Position numbers and translations under genes: made by a program. From positions 88,722,001 to 88,786,000 of the forward strand of contig NC_042997.1 in assembly GCF_006345805.1 (NCBI RefSeq): 64,000 nucleotides of DNA. The letters are read 5' to 3'. Below are positions 25,665-37,968 of this stretch, in pieces. Source of the stretch: Octopus sinensis (lineage: Eukaryota). The notes beneath the pieces are model-generated. The model ran no database searches. It saw only the letters and a program-made list of their open reading frames with translations, and was not told the origin of the DNA. Numbering within the stretch: the stretch's first letter is position 1; each line of letters starts with the position of its first letter.

Positions 25665-26447
25665 GTTATTATTTACACTGTATTGAAAGTGTTTTACTTA
25701 AGATGTGTGCGGTGCCTAGTAGTGCTATTTTCTGTATATTATCTATATTCGTAAGTCCTGGTGTTTTGGTTATATATTTGTTTGTAGGTTTTTTAACCAT
25801 ACCTAATGTACCTATTATTAGAGGTATTGTTTCTGTTTTTAGGCTCCACATTCGGGTTATTTCTATTTCCAGATCTTTGTATTTTGAGAGTCTCACCGTT
25901 TCTTTTAGAAATGCACTGTCATATGCTGGGATTGATACATCTTTTTTCTCAATGATCCCTGACAACAATATCCGGTATATTTGCCTTGATTTCTCTATCT
26001 GTGTGTATTGGCATATCCCAAAATATCGTTGCTTTGTCATTTTCTGAGACCTTTTTGGGATATGCCTATACCATCTTCTTTCTGTTGTCATTCCATAGTG
26101 TTAGCATAGCTTCCAGTGTATATAAGTCATGTCTGTGGATATATTCCTTCTTAGCCAGGACTGGGCAGCCTGAGACGATGTGATTTATTGTTTCTTCCCT
26201 ATCACACATATTTCTGCAGTTACTTGCATTTTTCTTTATTATGTGTTTCAGGTGGTTTTTGGTGGGGACTTTAATCTTGTGTTGCAATTAAAAATCTTTC
26301 AATCTCTGCTTTGAGTTCTGAGCTTCTGAACCATTGTTGGGATTTTACTTTGTCTATTTCTTTTCGTTTTAGCTTATCCTAGTATTTGCCATGCAAGGGC
26401 TTTTCTTGCAATCGTTTTATCATGGTATTTTGTTATTCCAGTTTAAT
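25665..26447 (-). mobile_element. R4/Dong-clade non-LTR retrotransposon 3' fragment (CCHC knuckle plus RLE endonuclease)
   Basis: LQEKPLHGKY, C..MCDREETINHIVSGCPVLAKKEY.HRHD, DVSIP, SKYKDLEIEI.RMW..KT..IPLIIGTLG and QKIALLGTAHIL. It starts next to (TAA)n. Confidence 0.9.
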
Positions 26448-26459
26448 TTATTATTATTA

Positions 26460-27019
26460 TTGAGTGAGAGAGCAGTGCATGCCATCAAAGTGACACTGGG
26501 GTAAAATATACGAAGCCCAGTATACCCATCATGACTACCCGTCTGATAAGGGTACACCAGGCACATGCATCACAACCGTATGTGTGCGACATGGTGATCT
26601 CATATCAAGATAAGCAGCACATGACCTTGCAGGTGGGGCCCACTTAGAATTTTCTTCAGGTCGAGTAACCCATCCTGCTCAAAAGGTCCCTGAATAAGGG
26701 TTGTTTAAGGATGTTGAATGAAACACCCATGTTTCCAGAGGTGAATTATTCAGCCCCCAAAGAATCCCCCTCAACACATGGCTATGATGCTCCCCCACTA
26801 CTTCTGCTCGTGATCAGAGATGCACATATCGTCAGCCACTAAGGGACATGCTCAACTGGTTAAGGTCAAACAACTGACAAGCAAATCTGTGGTATTGAGC
26901 AGAATATTTACCGTAGCCCATCTTTTATACCAAAACAAAACAATGTACATAATAACACTTCCAATCAGTTAAGATCAGAAGCCATGAAAGCCACTGTCTG
27001 GTACTGCATCAAGGCATTT
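26460..27019 (-). mobile_element. About 560-bp non-coding repeat ending ...CTCTCTCACTCAA(TAA)n
   Basis: Homologous copies at about 52622-52995(+) and 57576-58087(+). Flanked by (TAA)n on both sides here; no ORF. Confidence 0.75.
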
Positions 27020-27037
27020 ATTATTATTATTATTATT

Positions 27038-27757
27038 AGGTCAGATTTGGTCTTATTCATAGTAGGATCTATGTGGTAGCGGGTTACTACCTGTAACCTT
27101 AGGCATCCACACGTTTTCGATAGTCTTTCAAGTGCTTAGAACCCTCCTGATAATCCTTGCTGTCCCTAAGAGGCAAAATTTCTGTAGGTGTTCTACCGGG
27201 CATTCTATTTCAATCTCCCTCAGCCATTTGTTTATACCTTGGCTTACTGTTCACATGCTCCAAGTTTTTCCTATTTCAAATTTTAAAGGATTGTATTTTC
27301 TTTGTTTTTTTCCTCTTTCTTTATGATCCTAGAATCATATGGACATGATGGGTCGATAAGTAAACAACTTTGCTTTTCCTTATCTATGATTGTAATATCT
27401 TATCTATTATTTTCTAACTTCTTGTCCATTTGAAGAGGTAAATCCCACAAAACCTTACATCCCTCCAACTCTAATACTCTTTCGACTCGATATTTGACCA
27501 TGTGTTTCCAGCTTCAAATTCCCATTTCCGGCATACTTTCGAGTGTAAAATTTTTACATCCTGGTCGTGCCTCCATTTCTTTTACTGTTCCTGTGCCAAC
27601 TTAGGACATTCTTCTACAATGTGTGCCACTGTCTCGTCCCAAGTTCCATAGGATGTACATTTTTCTGACGCATTCTCTCCTTATATATTTTTCTCAAGTT
27701 GTTTGTTTTTATCGCTTGATCTTGGGCTGCTACAATTAGGTTCTGTTTCTTTTATTT
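27038..27757 (-). mobile_element. R4/Dong-clade 3' fragment with 3' UTR ending in (TAA)n
   Basis: ETE.LIVAAQDQAIKTN, ETVAHIVEECPKLAQ, WRHD, VLWDLP, IDPSCPYD and LQKFCLLGTARIIRRVL, assembled across frames. Confidence 0.88.
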
Positions 27758-28402
27758 AAATACCCCACTTATATATATATATATGTCTGTGTGTGTGTAT
27801 GTGTGTGTGTGCGTGTGTGCGTGTGTGTGTAATATATATATAATGATAATAATAATAATAATAATAATAATTATTATTAGTAGTAGTAGTAGTATTATGC
27901 AGTAAAAAGCTATCAATAACTGTCACTAACGTGGTTCTGCGCCCCACTTCAATTCGTTTTCAAGCGAAGCAACCTGTATTTTGTTGGTCTTACAGTTTTA
28001 ATGAAACCCACACGCACGCGCAAAAGCTTATTTATTGATCATTTAAATAAATGTGGGCGCTTATCATATCAAAAAGGTAGGTTTGATTATTTCCGGAAAT
28101 AATGAAACCCGCATGGCATACATTTCCATATTTGCAGGAAGTTATGTTTACACTATGTAATGCGCTCATATATGTGTGCATGTGTGTGTGGGTGTGTGCG
28201 TTCGTGTTTGTAGGTGTGCCTGCGTATGTATGTATGTATGTATGTATGTATGTATGTATGTATGTATGTATGTATGTATGTATATATGTATGTATGTATG
28301 AATGTATGTATGTATGCGTGTGTGTGTATGTATGTATGTATGCATGCATGTATGTATCTATGCGTGTATGTATATGTGTGTGTGTATATGTATGTATGTA
28401 TG

Positions 28403-28466
<64 letters not shown>

Positions 28467-29120
28467 ACCATTTATGTATGGCCATACTAATATTTATTTA
28501 ACTGCAAAATAATGATGACGACGATGATAACAATGACTATAATAACAATAATAATGATGATGATTATGATGATGATGATGATGATGATAAATGAAGGAAA
28601 AAAGAAGGAAAGAAAGAAAGAATATATGAATGAATGGTAGAAACAGAGAAAGAATGATGAATTAGCCAGACAAACGTCTTCCCAATCTCTTCACATGGTG
28701 TTTGCCGGAAGAAAAAATAATGACAAAAAGAGAGCAATATTTATTTAGCTGTTATCTTTGCAGAAGAATAAGTGTTGGTCACTAACAAACCGCTCAGATG
28801 TTTTCTTAAAATTGGGTAGTACCAGACGATTATGTTTGGCTTATTTGGGTGTATACGTGATTTATTTCGCTAAGAGATTTATATAATATATTTTATGCCG
28901 CTACACTTACTGTTGGGATTCGTAGGTAGTAATTCTAGTTATTAAAAAGAAACACATTTGAAAGAAACTTTAAAAGAAACATTTCCAGGTTGTATATGTG
29001 TTGTTGTTGCTGTTGGTTTTGTTGTTCTTGTTGTTGTTGCTGCTGCTGCTACTGATCAGTCCCAGGTTAGTCTTAACGAGCAACAAACTTATCAGATACA
29101 ATCCAGTCGAACATCCAGCT

Positions 29121-29334
<214 letters not shown>

Positions 29335-30483
29335 AAAGACTGAAGTGTGAATTTTAGGAAGATATCTGGCTGCTCTTCTTTGCTGGTCTGGCTCTTATTT
29401 TTTGCAGACCTTCCCACTGCATTAATAATATTCTCTGAATATGTTTCGTTGTTAAGTTTAGCAAATCGATGATTGGTCTTATATATATATATATTCATAA
29501 ATCAAATAATATGTAATCTGTGGATTCCATTTTAGTTAGGTCACCGTGAAGTCAAACCAGCCTGCTCCTGTTCGACTACCGTAATGTAAAAAGAGATTAT
29601 AATCTAAGTCGATCCCCACTATGGATAATCATTCGCAAGACTGGCTTAAATTACCAAACAACGATTTTTATGAATTGTGACTTCAGGATGTCTGGAAAGT
29701 TTTCAGAATGACCCGCTCCCAAATGTTAGGAGATACTGCGTTACACATCAGGAACAGAAACTTTTCAGTAAGGTGAAGTCTACAGTTTGAGACAGGTTAA
29801 AGTATAGGATAGCCTTATCAGCAATATTTCTGGCCACTAGCGGGCATGACAGATTCTGGTCTTTAGGTTTTCTGATGAAATGTGACAGAGATGTGGGATC
29901 TTCCTTGTACCACGACCAGAATAAGTGGAAATGTTGAAAGAGTCAAGTTTTGAAAGTGTTCGTGGTTAGCCCCACACAAATTCTTTCAAGACTGCCAGGA
30001 AAAGTTATAATTGCTCGGTATGCGATTTCTTCCGATGCGTTCGGGGAAAACGAAAATCCGACGAATGCGTACTATATGTTTGTACTGTAGGCGTAACAGC
30101 TGGCGCGATAAATTTTTATGCATACGCAGGAAGGGCTGCGTCACCTTCCATCCAAAGGATTTTGTCTGCGCGGCTTCAGTTTTGGCGGAAAAAAAATTAA
30201 GTCGGATACTTTTTTAATGCATCTCTTATGGTGTGTGTGTGTGTGTTTGCGTCTGTGTCTGTCTGTCTGTCTGTCTGTCTGTTCGTGCGCGTGTGCGCGT
30301 GCAATTGTCTGTATCTATGTGCAATCGGGAATGGCAGAGTTAGTGGATCGAACCAAAATATCTGAAGTACCACAATTTTGTCCTTTTATGCTCAGATCGA
30401 CTCTGGTTTTCCTCAGAGAAGGTCAATAAAATAAAAGCCCAAATACTGGGGGTAGATAAAACTGACTAAAAGAAACGCACACA

Positions 30484-30579
<96 letters not shown>

Positions 30580-30909
30580 GACATTGAAAGCAGTACCACT
30601 CACCCTAACCCATGACCAAAGTTAAATGACTGTAATCGGTAAAAGAATAGGTGTATTTCCTAACTGAAAGAATGCACCATCAGCCGTTCCATCTTGCATT
30701 TCTATAGATTCTGGAATCTATAACGAAGTGGCATTTCGTTAATTTATTACTCTTCGCTTTATTTTAATGATACAACCTTTGTTGTTATTTGTTTTCTTCA
30801 GATAAGGTTGACCCTGATTGAGTAGACCTTTGATCAAAAGCGTTCCAACCGTGGCCAGCTCGTTATTTCTATATCTAGAACTAACCATCCAATACGTTTT
30901 ATCGTTGTT

Positions 30910-31123
30910 AAGGCGGCGAGTTGGCAGAATCGCTAGCACGCCAGGCAAAATGCTTATCGGCATTTCGTCCATTTTTACGTTCTGAATTCGAATTCTATCG
31001 AAGTCGGCTTTGCCTTTCATCCTTTCGGAGTCGATAAATTAAGTTTCAGTTGGACACTGGGATTGTTGTATTCGACTTACTCCCACTCCCGAAATTGCTG
31101 GCCTTGAGCCAAAATTTGAAACC
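30910..31123 (+). mobile_element. tRNA-derived SINE, family A (CpG-retaining copy)
   Basis: AAGGCGGCGAGTTGGCAGAATCGCTAGCACGCCAGGCAAAATGCTTATCGGCATTTCGTCC...GTCGGCTTTGCCTTTCATCCTTTCGGAGTCGATAAA. Confidence 0.8.
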
Positions 31124-31570
31124 AATACGTTTTATCTTTGTCTTTTTTTATAACGCTAGTGTGTGGTTTGAAGGTATTTCACAAGCCGAGCGACTATGTA
31201 GCATTTCTCCCTGTTTTGTTTGTTTGATACTATCCAATTGTTCAATAATGGTATTCAAGATTTCGGTGCATCCTATTTGTTTCTATCGATCCTAATCGTT
31301 TCTGATTGCTGTCTAATGGTAACTGCAACACATCACTATTGTTCATTCCATATGCATAAAACAGAAACTATCTGTTAGTGATCAGAATTTGTAAAAGACA
31401 TAATCGATTGTTTCTAACATTATAATAGCTTCTTGCTATAGATTCTTGAAAATGCTATTTTCCTAAACTTATACTGTTCAATAAAATACAATTCTTTGTT
31501 AATTTTACTTTAAGCAGAGACATAATCGCATCTACTTGTTATTGTTGCAGTTCCTGGCCGCCAATCGGAA

Positions 31571-32455
31571 TCATTTACTATCATGCGCTCGGTCAGTCAA
31601 GGCTGTCTCCTATTGTCTCTTCAGTTAGTGCTGACTATTGAGTTACTACTGCAGAAACTAGAAACATTGAGGGGCATCCCGCGCGAACTAGGATGCAGAA
31701 GATCCGTGTCGGCATTTGTGGACGATATCACCATCATAATGTCGGACACCAGGCACATCGAGGCGATTAGTACTGCTTAAAGGACGACGAGGCGCTAACA
31801 TAAACAAAAATCAACCAAAATATCAGTGGGCTTGCAGCTCGATCCATTCCGTTCAACAGTGTCAAGAGGTGCTGGCCAGATGGACCGGTTAAATTTGGTT
31901 CAGATTTCCAAGTGAAGAATGATAAAGACGTGATTAGCAAAGTGGCCAATCTCATCTAGAATTGGGCCAAAAGAAAGCTATCTCTGAAAGGTCGGGCAAA
32001 AGTGACGAATGCTTACATCACCTCCATCGTTTGTTATCGTCAGACCGTCGTGCCTTGCCTCAGTTCAGGTCTGACCAGACTGGAGCATCTACTATTCTGC
32101 TTTTGTGGAAGGAATTTATTCCAATGGTCAGGGGCTCCATTTATTGTCAACACCTGCTGAGTGGAGGGCTGGATATGCTATGGCTGATGATGTGCAGACA
32201 TGTACAGAGGTTGTGGCCTCTGCAACAATACCTTGACGGTGAACAAGTGTAGTTACCATTTATCAGACACGTTATTCTACAGCTGTCTGGCAAAGCTGCG
32301 ATCCTGGGTCGAGCAGAGACCGAGGAATGGCACTTGGCATCTGGAATGTCAAGTGCTTCAGTGCTCTACCAGTCGGGCAATGCAGTCAGTGAAAATTCCA
32401 CGTTAGCATTCCAGAGAGGTTTAATGGAAAGCAAAAGCGACGACGTTCTCGGGGT
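31571..32455 (+). mobile_element. Decayed Tx1/L1-clade LINE, RT fragment
   Basis: SVSQGCLL...LTIELLLQKL...VSAFVDDITI, LSLKGRAKV.NAYI.S and FLWK...V...SGGL. Confidence 0.75.
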
Positions 32456-32610
32456 ACCGGCTTTTCATAAAGCATATTGTATTTAAATCTTCAGCAGGAA
32501 CTAATCTAGCAGTTGAAGATACTGTATATAGTACAAAAAACTCGAAGGCGAGGTAAAAAAAAAAACAGGGTGTATAAGGTTAACGCTCAGGAAATTGGAA
32601 AAAGTCTTCA

Positions 32611-32641
<31 letters not shown>

Positions 32642-33663
32642 CATATAATGGATAATATAGACTTAAAACAAACAGGGCGTATAAGGTTAACGCTTAGGAA
32701 AATTGGAAGGAGTCTCTCACATGTATTTGTTAACATATGTTAGTACGTATATGCGTATGCCCAATGTACAGTGCTTCATCTATCGATTGCCCAATCTCAG
32801 AAACAGCTGTAAAGGGATACGTTAACTATTTTACTCTCTTCTCTGTAATTTTCACGTAAGAAAACCTCGATATCTACCTATCTATGAAAAATACTATAGA
32901 CTATCTCCCTACTTTCTGCTTAATTATATGTATATATCTATAACTTTTTATAAAAGCTATGATGCAATTAACAACTGTCTGTCCAAGGTCTGTTACATAT
33001 ATATTTTTTCAACAGGTGGGGATCGTCTAACCGAGACACGTTTGTTCTAGTTTCTTTATTTTTCCCACTCCATATCTATCCTTTCCATAGAAGAGTGTAA
33101 GCTCATTACAAGTTTTTTCCAATTTTCTAAGCGTCAACATAGTATACTCCGTTTGTTTTTTCTCAAAGATCACTTCATGAATTTCTGTGATGCTTTCATT
33201 TGTTCAGGGAATCGACGGTCACCCTGAACGAGGTTGGTCTCCAAGCAACAAGTGACCATTCATAAAGAGTGAAAACCACTCGTAAACTTATGTCTTGCTT
33301 ATGCCAGCGTCCTTGTAAGCTGTTTGAAGCATGACAATAGTTTTGGCCACCGTTTTCCCCAGCAGAAAACAGAATTTCACGGAAGCACGCTGCAAATCAA
33401 AGACGCACTACGTAGCATGACTCCACTGGGCGCGCCACTCGGCATACTGATGCCTGAGGGTTGCATGTAGTGACTTTAAGCGGCGGAGACTTGAACTTCA
33501 AAGTGTTTGTTCCACAGAGAACGTTTCCAGTTACTTTTGGGTACCTCCTCGTATGTAAATATATATATATAGGGAAAGTTTACGAATATAAACAAAAGAC
33601 GAAGACAGGTGGTGTACAAAACAAAACAGATGTATTAGTATAACGCTCAGGAATAGAAAAAGT

Positions 33664-33699
33664 CTTTTACGTTTCGAGCCTACGCTCTTCTACAGAAAG
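33664..33699 (-). ncRNA. Hammerhead-like motif with core change (CUGUAGA)
   Basis: Sense: CUUU CUGUAGA A GAGC GUAG GCUC GAAACGU A AAAG. Stem I is CUUU/AAAG, stem II is GAGC/GCUC, and the triplet is GUA. A6 is not conserved. Confidence 0.5.
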
Positions 33700-33793
33700 G
33701 TACACAGAAAAAACAAGGAGAGAAAAACAATGTGTGTAGTGGCTAACGATCTATCATTGCGTCTGACTCGGACAAAATGGTCAGACGGGAGAT

Positions 33794-33851
<58 letters not shown>

Positions 33852-33864
33852 CACCCATACATTA

Positions 33865-33904
<40 letters not shown>

Positions 33905-34338
33905 ATATATATATAGAGAGAGAGAAAGAGAGAGAAGCGGTTCCGTAAGTTGAAAGGTAGTGGATTTGAACTCGGGAGTGCAGCCACGGAACGAACAGCA
34001 AGACATTCATCCAGACATCCTAGCGACTCTGCAACTTCGCCGTCTGCATACAGATACTATGGCCGCATTAGTAAACAAGGTGTATGCAGCGGCTACGACT
34101 AGCACCACTGCACGATCATACAGGGTGTATACAAACACCACCTTCTCGGTGATGTGAAATGCATTTATACGAGCACCACTAACATATTTTCATTCACTAT
34201 ATTACTATGCAAAATGTGTACAGACACCCCACCACCACCACCACTACCATTACCACTACCAACACTACCGCTACCGCCGCCACAGCCACATATATATGAA
34301 TGTATATATGTATAAATATGTGTGTATGTATAAATATG

Positions 34339-34370
<32 letters not shown>

Positions 34371-34389
34371 ATATATATATTACACACAT

Positions 34390-34442
<53 letters not shown>

Positions 34443-34946
34443 CAACACCCTGATAACATATCTTTCAAACTTATCAAATGTTTTTCTCTAATCTTGTCTC
34501 CTTGGGTGGAGAAGTTTAGATTTAGAAGTAGAGAGGTAGGGAAAAGTGGTGCGAGGCGGAAGAGGTGTGATAGCCTTAGTAGTTATATATATAGAGAGGG
34601 GGAGGCGGATATGAGGAAGAGGAGAAGTTATATGTAGATGTATCATAATATACGCGGGTGGGCGTTCAAAATTATCTTATTAAAAAATAATAACAATTCC
34701 CTGAGGAATTGTAATTTTTCTAATTATGAAAAGAAAAACAAAAACATAGTGTTAACACATTTAAACGCAGTGGGCTTCTAATAACTAATTAGAAACATTT
34801 ATGCGGTGAGGAAAAGGCAAAAGTTGACAATTTGTAGGAAATAACTTAATGTTAGTCACTGAATCAATTTTTGCCTTTTCCTTAAAGCAGCAGTTCTGAT
34901 TAAATGTGTTAACACTAACTTAGCTGTTGCGTGTATATGCATGTAT

Positions 34947-35058
<112 letters not shown>

Positions 35059-35139
35059 ACATACATACATACATACATATACACACACACACATCTTTTA
35101 TCTTTTATCTTTTACTTGTTTTACTGTCGCACCGCCTTG

Positions 35140-35843
35140 AAGAATGTGTACTCAAACGAATCGACCCCGGTACTTTTTCTTTTAATCCTCATACTTATAT
35201 TCTGTCGTACCGCCAAGTTGCGGAGACGTAAAAACACCAACACCGGTTGTCAAGCGGTGGACGGGGGCGTGGGGGTCGAGGAACAAATACATACATACAT
35301 ACATACATACATAAATGCATACATACATACATACATAAATGCATACATACATACATACATAAATGCATGCATGCATACATACATACATACATATGTACAT
35401 ATATGCATACAAACATACATACATACATACATACATGCATACAAATATACATGCATACATACATACATACATACATACATGCATAAAACATACATACATA
35501 CATGCATGCATACATACATACATACATACATACATACATGCATGCATACAAACATACATACATACATGCATACATGCATACATGCATACATACATACATG
35601 CATACATACATACATACATACATAATACATACATATAGATATACATCCATCCATACATACATATATATATTTGTATTGATGTGACAGGAGCGGCAGTGAT
35701 GGTGATGACGGCGGTGATGGAGGCGATGGTATTGGGGTGGCGATGATGGTGGTGATTGTAGAGGTGGTGGTGGTGGCTGTGGCGGCGGTCGCAGTAGTGT
35801 TGATAGTGGTGATGTAGTGGTGGTGGTGGTGGTGTCTGTACAC

Positions 35844-35924
<81 letters not shown>

Positions 35925-36080
35925 CACGACGGGCTTCTTTCAGTTTCCGTCTACCAAATCCATTCACAAGACTTTGGTCGGTCCGACACTTGAAGACACT
36001 TGATCAAGGTGCCACTCAGTGGGACTGAACCGGAAACCATGTGGTTGGGAAGCAAGTTTCTTACCACACTGCCACGCCGT
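35140..36080 (-). mobile_element. SINE (B head at 35924-36080, C tail at about 35140-35280) split by about 650 bp of expanded simple repeats
   Basis: Same head and tail modules as 7741-8120, separated by (TCTA)n, (GGT)n and (CATA)n. Confidence 0.6.
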
Positions 36081-36608
36081 CTTCTCTTTAGTTTTAATGC
36101 TATACCTGTGTTGACCTGCGTTACACTACAATGTAATATCAATCCTATGAATATACCGTATAACTAACTAATCCGGGAGTATACCAGTATATATGGCAAC
36201 TATTATGAACTCCCCTGAATGCAACTTTGACTGATAAGCTCTTTAAAGCATTCGTTTCTTCTTGTGCTGTATAATTATATGTCATAATCTAACTCGATAT
36301 CAGTTGTTAGTCTATCTTTTTATATGCATATATATTCTTTTCCTTGTTTCAGTTATTAGACCGTGGCCAATGCTGGGGCACCGTCTTGAAGATTTTTTAG
36401 TCGAATGAATCGACCCGAGTACACACACACACACACACACACACACGTACACACACACACCCAGATAGATAAATACATACATACATGCATACATACATAC
36501 ATGGACAGATATAGATATACATGCACACCAACACATACGTACACGCGCACATTAATACAATAGTACATTCCTACCTACCTTTCTATCGACCTTTGCATCG
36601 CTCTGAAG

Positions 36609-36887
36609 CAGTTGTTCTCAAGCGGGGTCCATATAAGATTTTGGGGGTCCACACAACAAAATAGTAAACTGGGGATCCACAATAATATTTTAAGGGCTCC
36701 TTACAATGTATATATAGGTATGTATTGCAAGAAACAGCTAGGTTTCTTTCTCTAACATTTTACATAGCTCTACCTACATAAGTTAATGTATAAAGAACAG
36801 AATAGGAATTTCGAAGGAAGTTTATTTAAACTAGTTTTTGAATATTGAATGGCTATGAGGGTCCACCAGAATAAAATAGGACCACTG
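36609..36887. mobile_element. hAT-type (Charlie-like) MITE
   Basis: Ends CAGTTGTTCTC and GGACCACTG. The 8-bp flanks CTCTGAAG (36601-08) and CTCTAAAG (36888-95) resemble the NTCTAGAN target duplication. Confidence 0.75.
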
Positions 36888-37577
36888 CTCTAAAGGAAGC
36901 AACTCAGATGTGTATGTGTGTGTGTGTGTGTGTGTGTGAAAAATAGACAGGCAGTCAGACAGAGAGAACAGCAGAACGGCAGAAAGAAAGAAGGGTTGTA
37001 CTGACGACGATTACTTGCACAGAAAGCGCAAATTTTTTCACAAAAAGAATAAGAGAAAAATTGTTCGCCGTCAACTCCTTATCACCTTCAAAGTTAACTG
37101 ACATTAATATCATCACCAAAACAAGCTACTATAGTTCTCAGTGTAGTTCTGTCTGTTTGTCTGTCTGTCTGTCTGCCTGCCTGTCTACCTGCCTGCCTGC
37201 GTATGCATGTGTATGTTTGTGTGTATGTGTGTGTGTGTGTGAGAGAGAGAGAGGAGAGTTTGTGCGTCCGTATAATATCTCGGTATCGATTCAACAGCGT
37301 TTCATTTTCTTTATAACTATCACTTCTCTCAACTTTCCTTTGCATATTTCACCCAGTCTCTCTTGGGCTCTATCTTGCCTGTCATTCACCTTTGTCTCCA
37401 CCATCACAGTTACAACAGGCAGATAAAGTTCTCATTGTTCACAAGTGAAATCCCAGGAATTTCTGTAGGTTTCCCCAGTATATATTTTCATACAATAGCA
37501 CACTATTATCTACTTACCTGTTGTGTAATACTAAGGGAAGTAACTCAAATACAGGAATATGCAGAAGAGAGAGAGAA

Positions 37578-37608
<31 letters not shown>

Positions 37609-37615
37609 AAGAGAG

Positions 37616-37646
<31 letters not shown>

Positions 37647-37879
37647 GAAAGAGAGAGAGAGAAAGATAGAAGAGACAGAAAAAGAGACAGAAAAAGAGAA
37701 ACAGAGATAGAGAAAAAGCAAGAAAAAGAGGGTGAAAATAAAGATAGTGGGGACTGAAACACTAGGACTGAGGGGAAGAAGAATATTATGATGTATCAAA
37801 GTCTGTGACGTCACTGCGTCTTTATCTCATTTTTTGTTTCACTCTCTCCGCTTGTTTGAAGTGTTTTTAAAATGCTTTT

Positions 37880-37920
<41 letters not shown>

Positions 37921-37932
37921 GTGTGTGTGTGT

Positions 37933-37968
<36 letters not shown>

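Noticed and set aside
29340-29498. Protein-like minus-strand frames adjacent to the (TTTC)n tract
   Set aside because: Two frames look equally plausible, splice sites are weak, and no homology is recognised.
34690-34735. CTGAGGA...GAAA spacing next to the palindrome ACAATTCC-CTGA-GGAATTGT
   Set aside because: No stem III or cleavage triplet can be formed.
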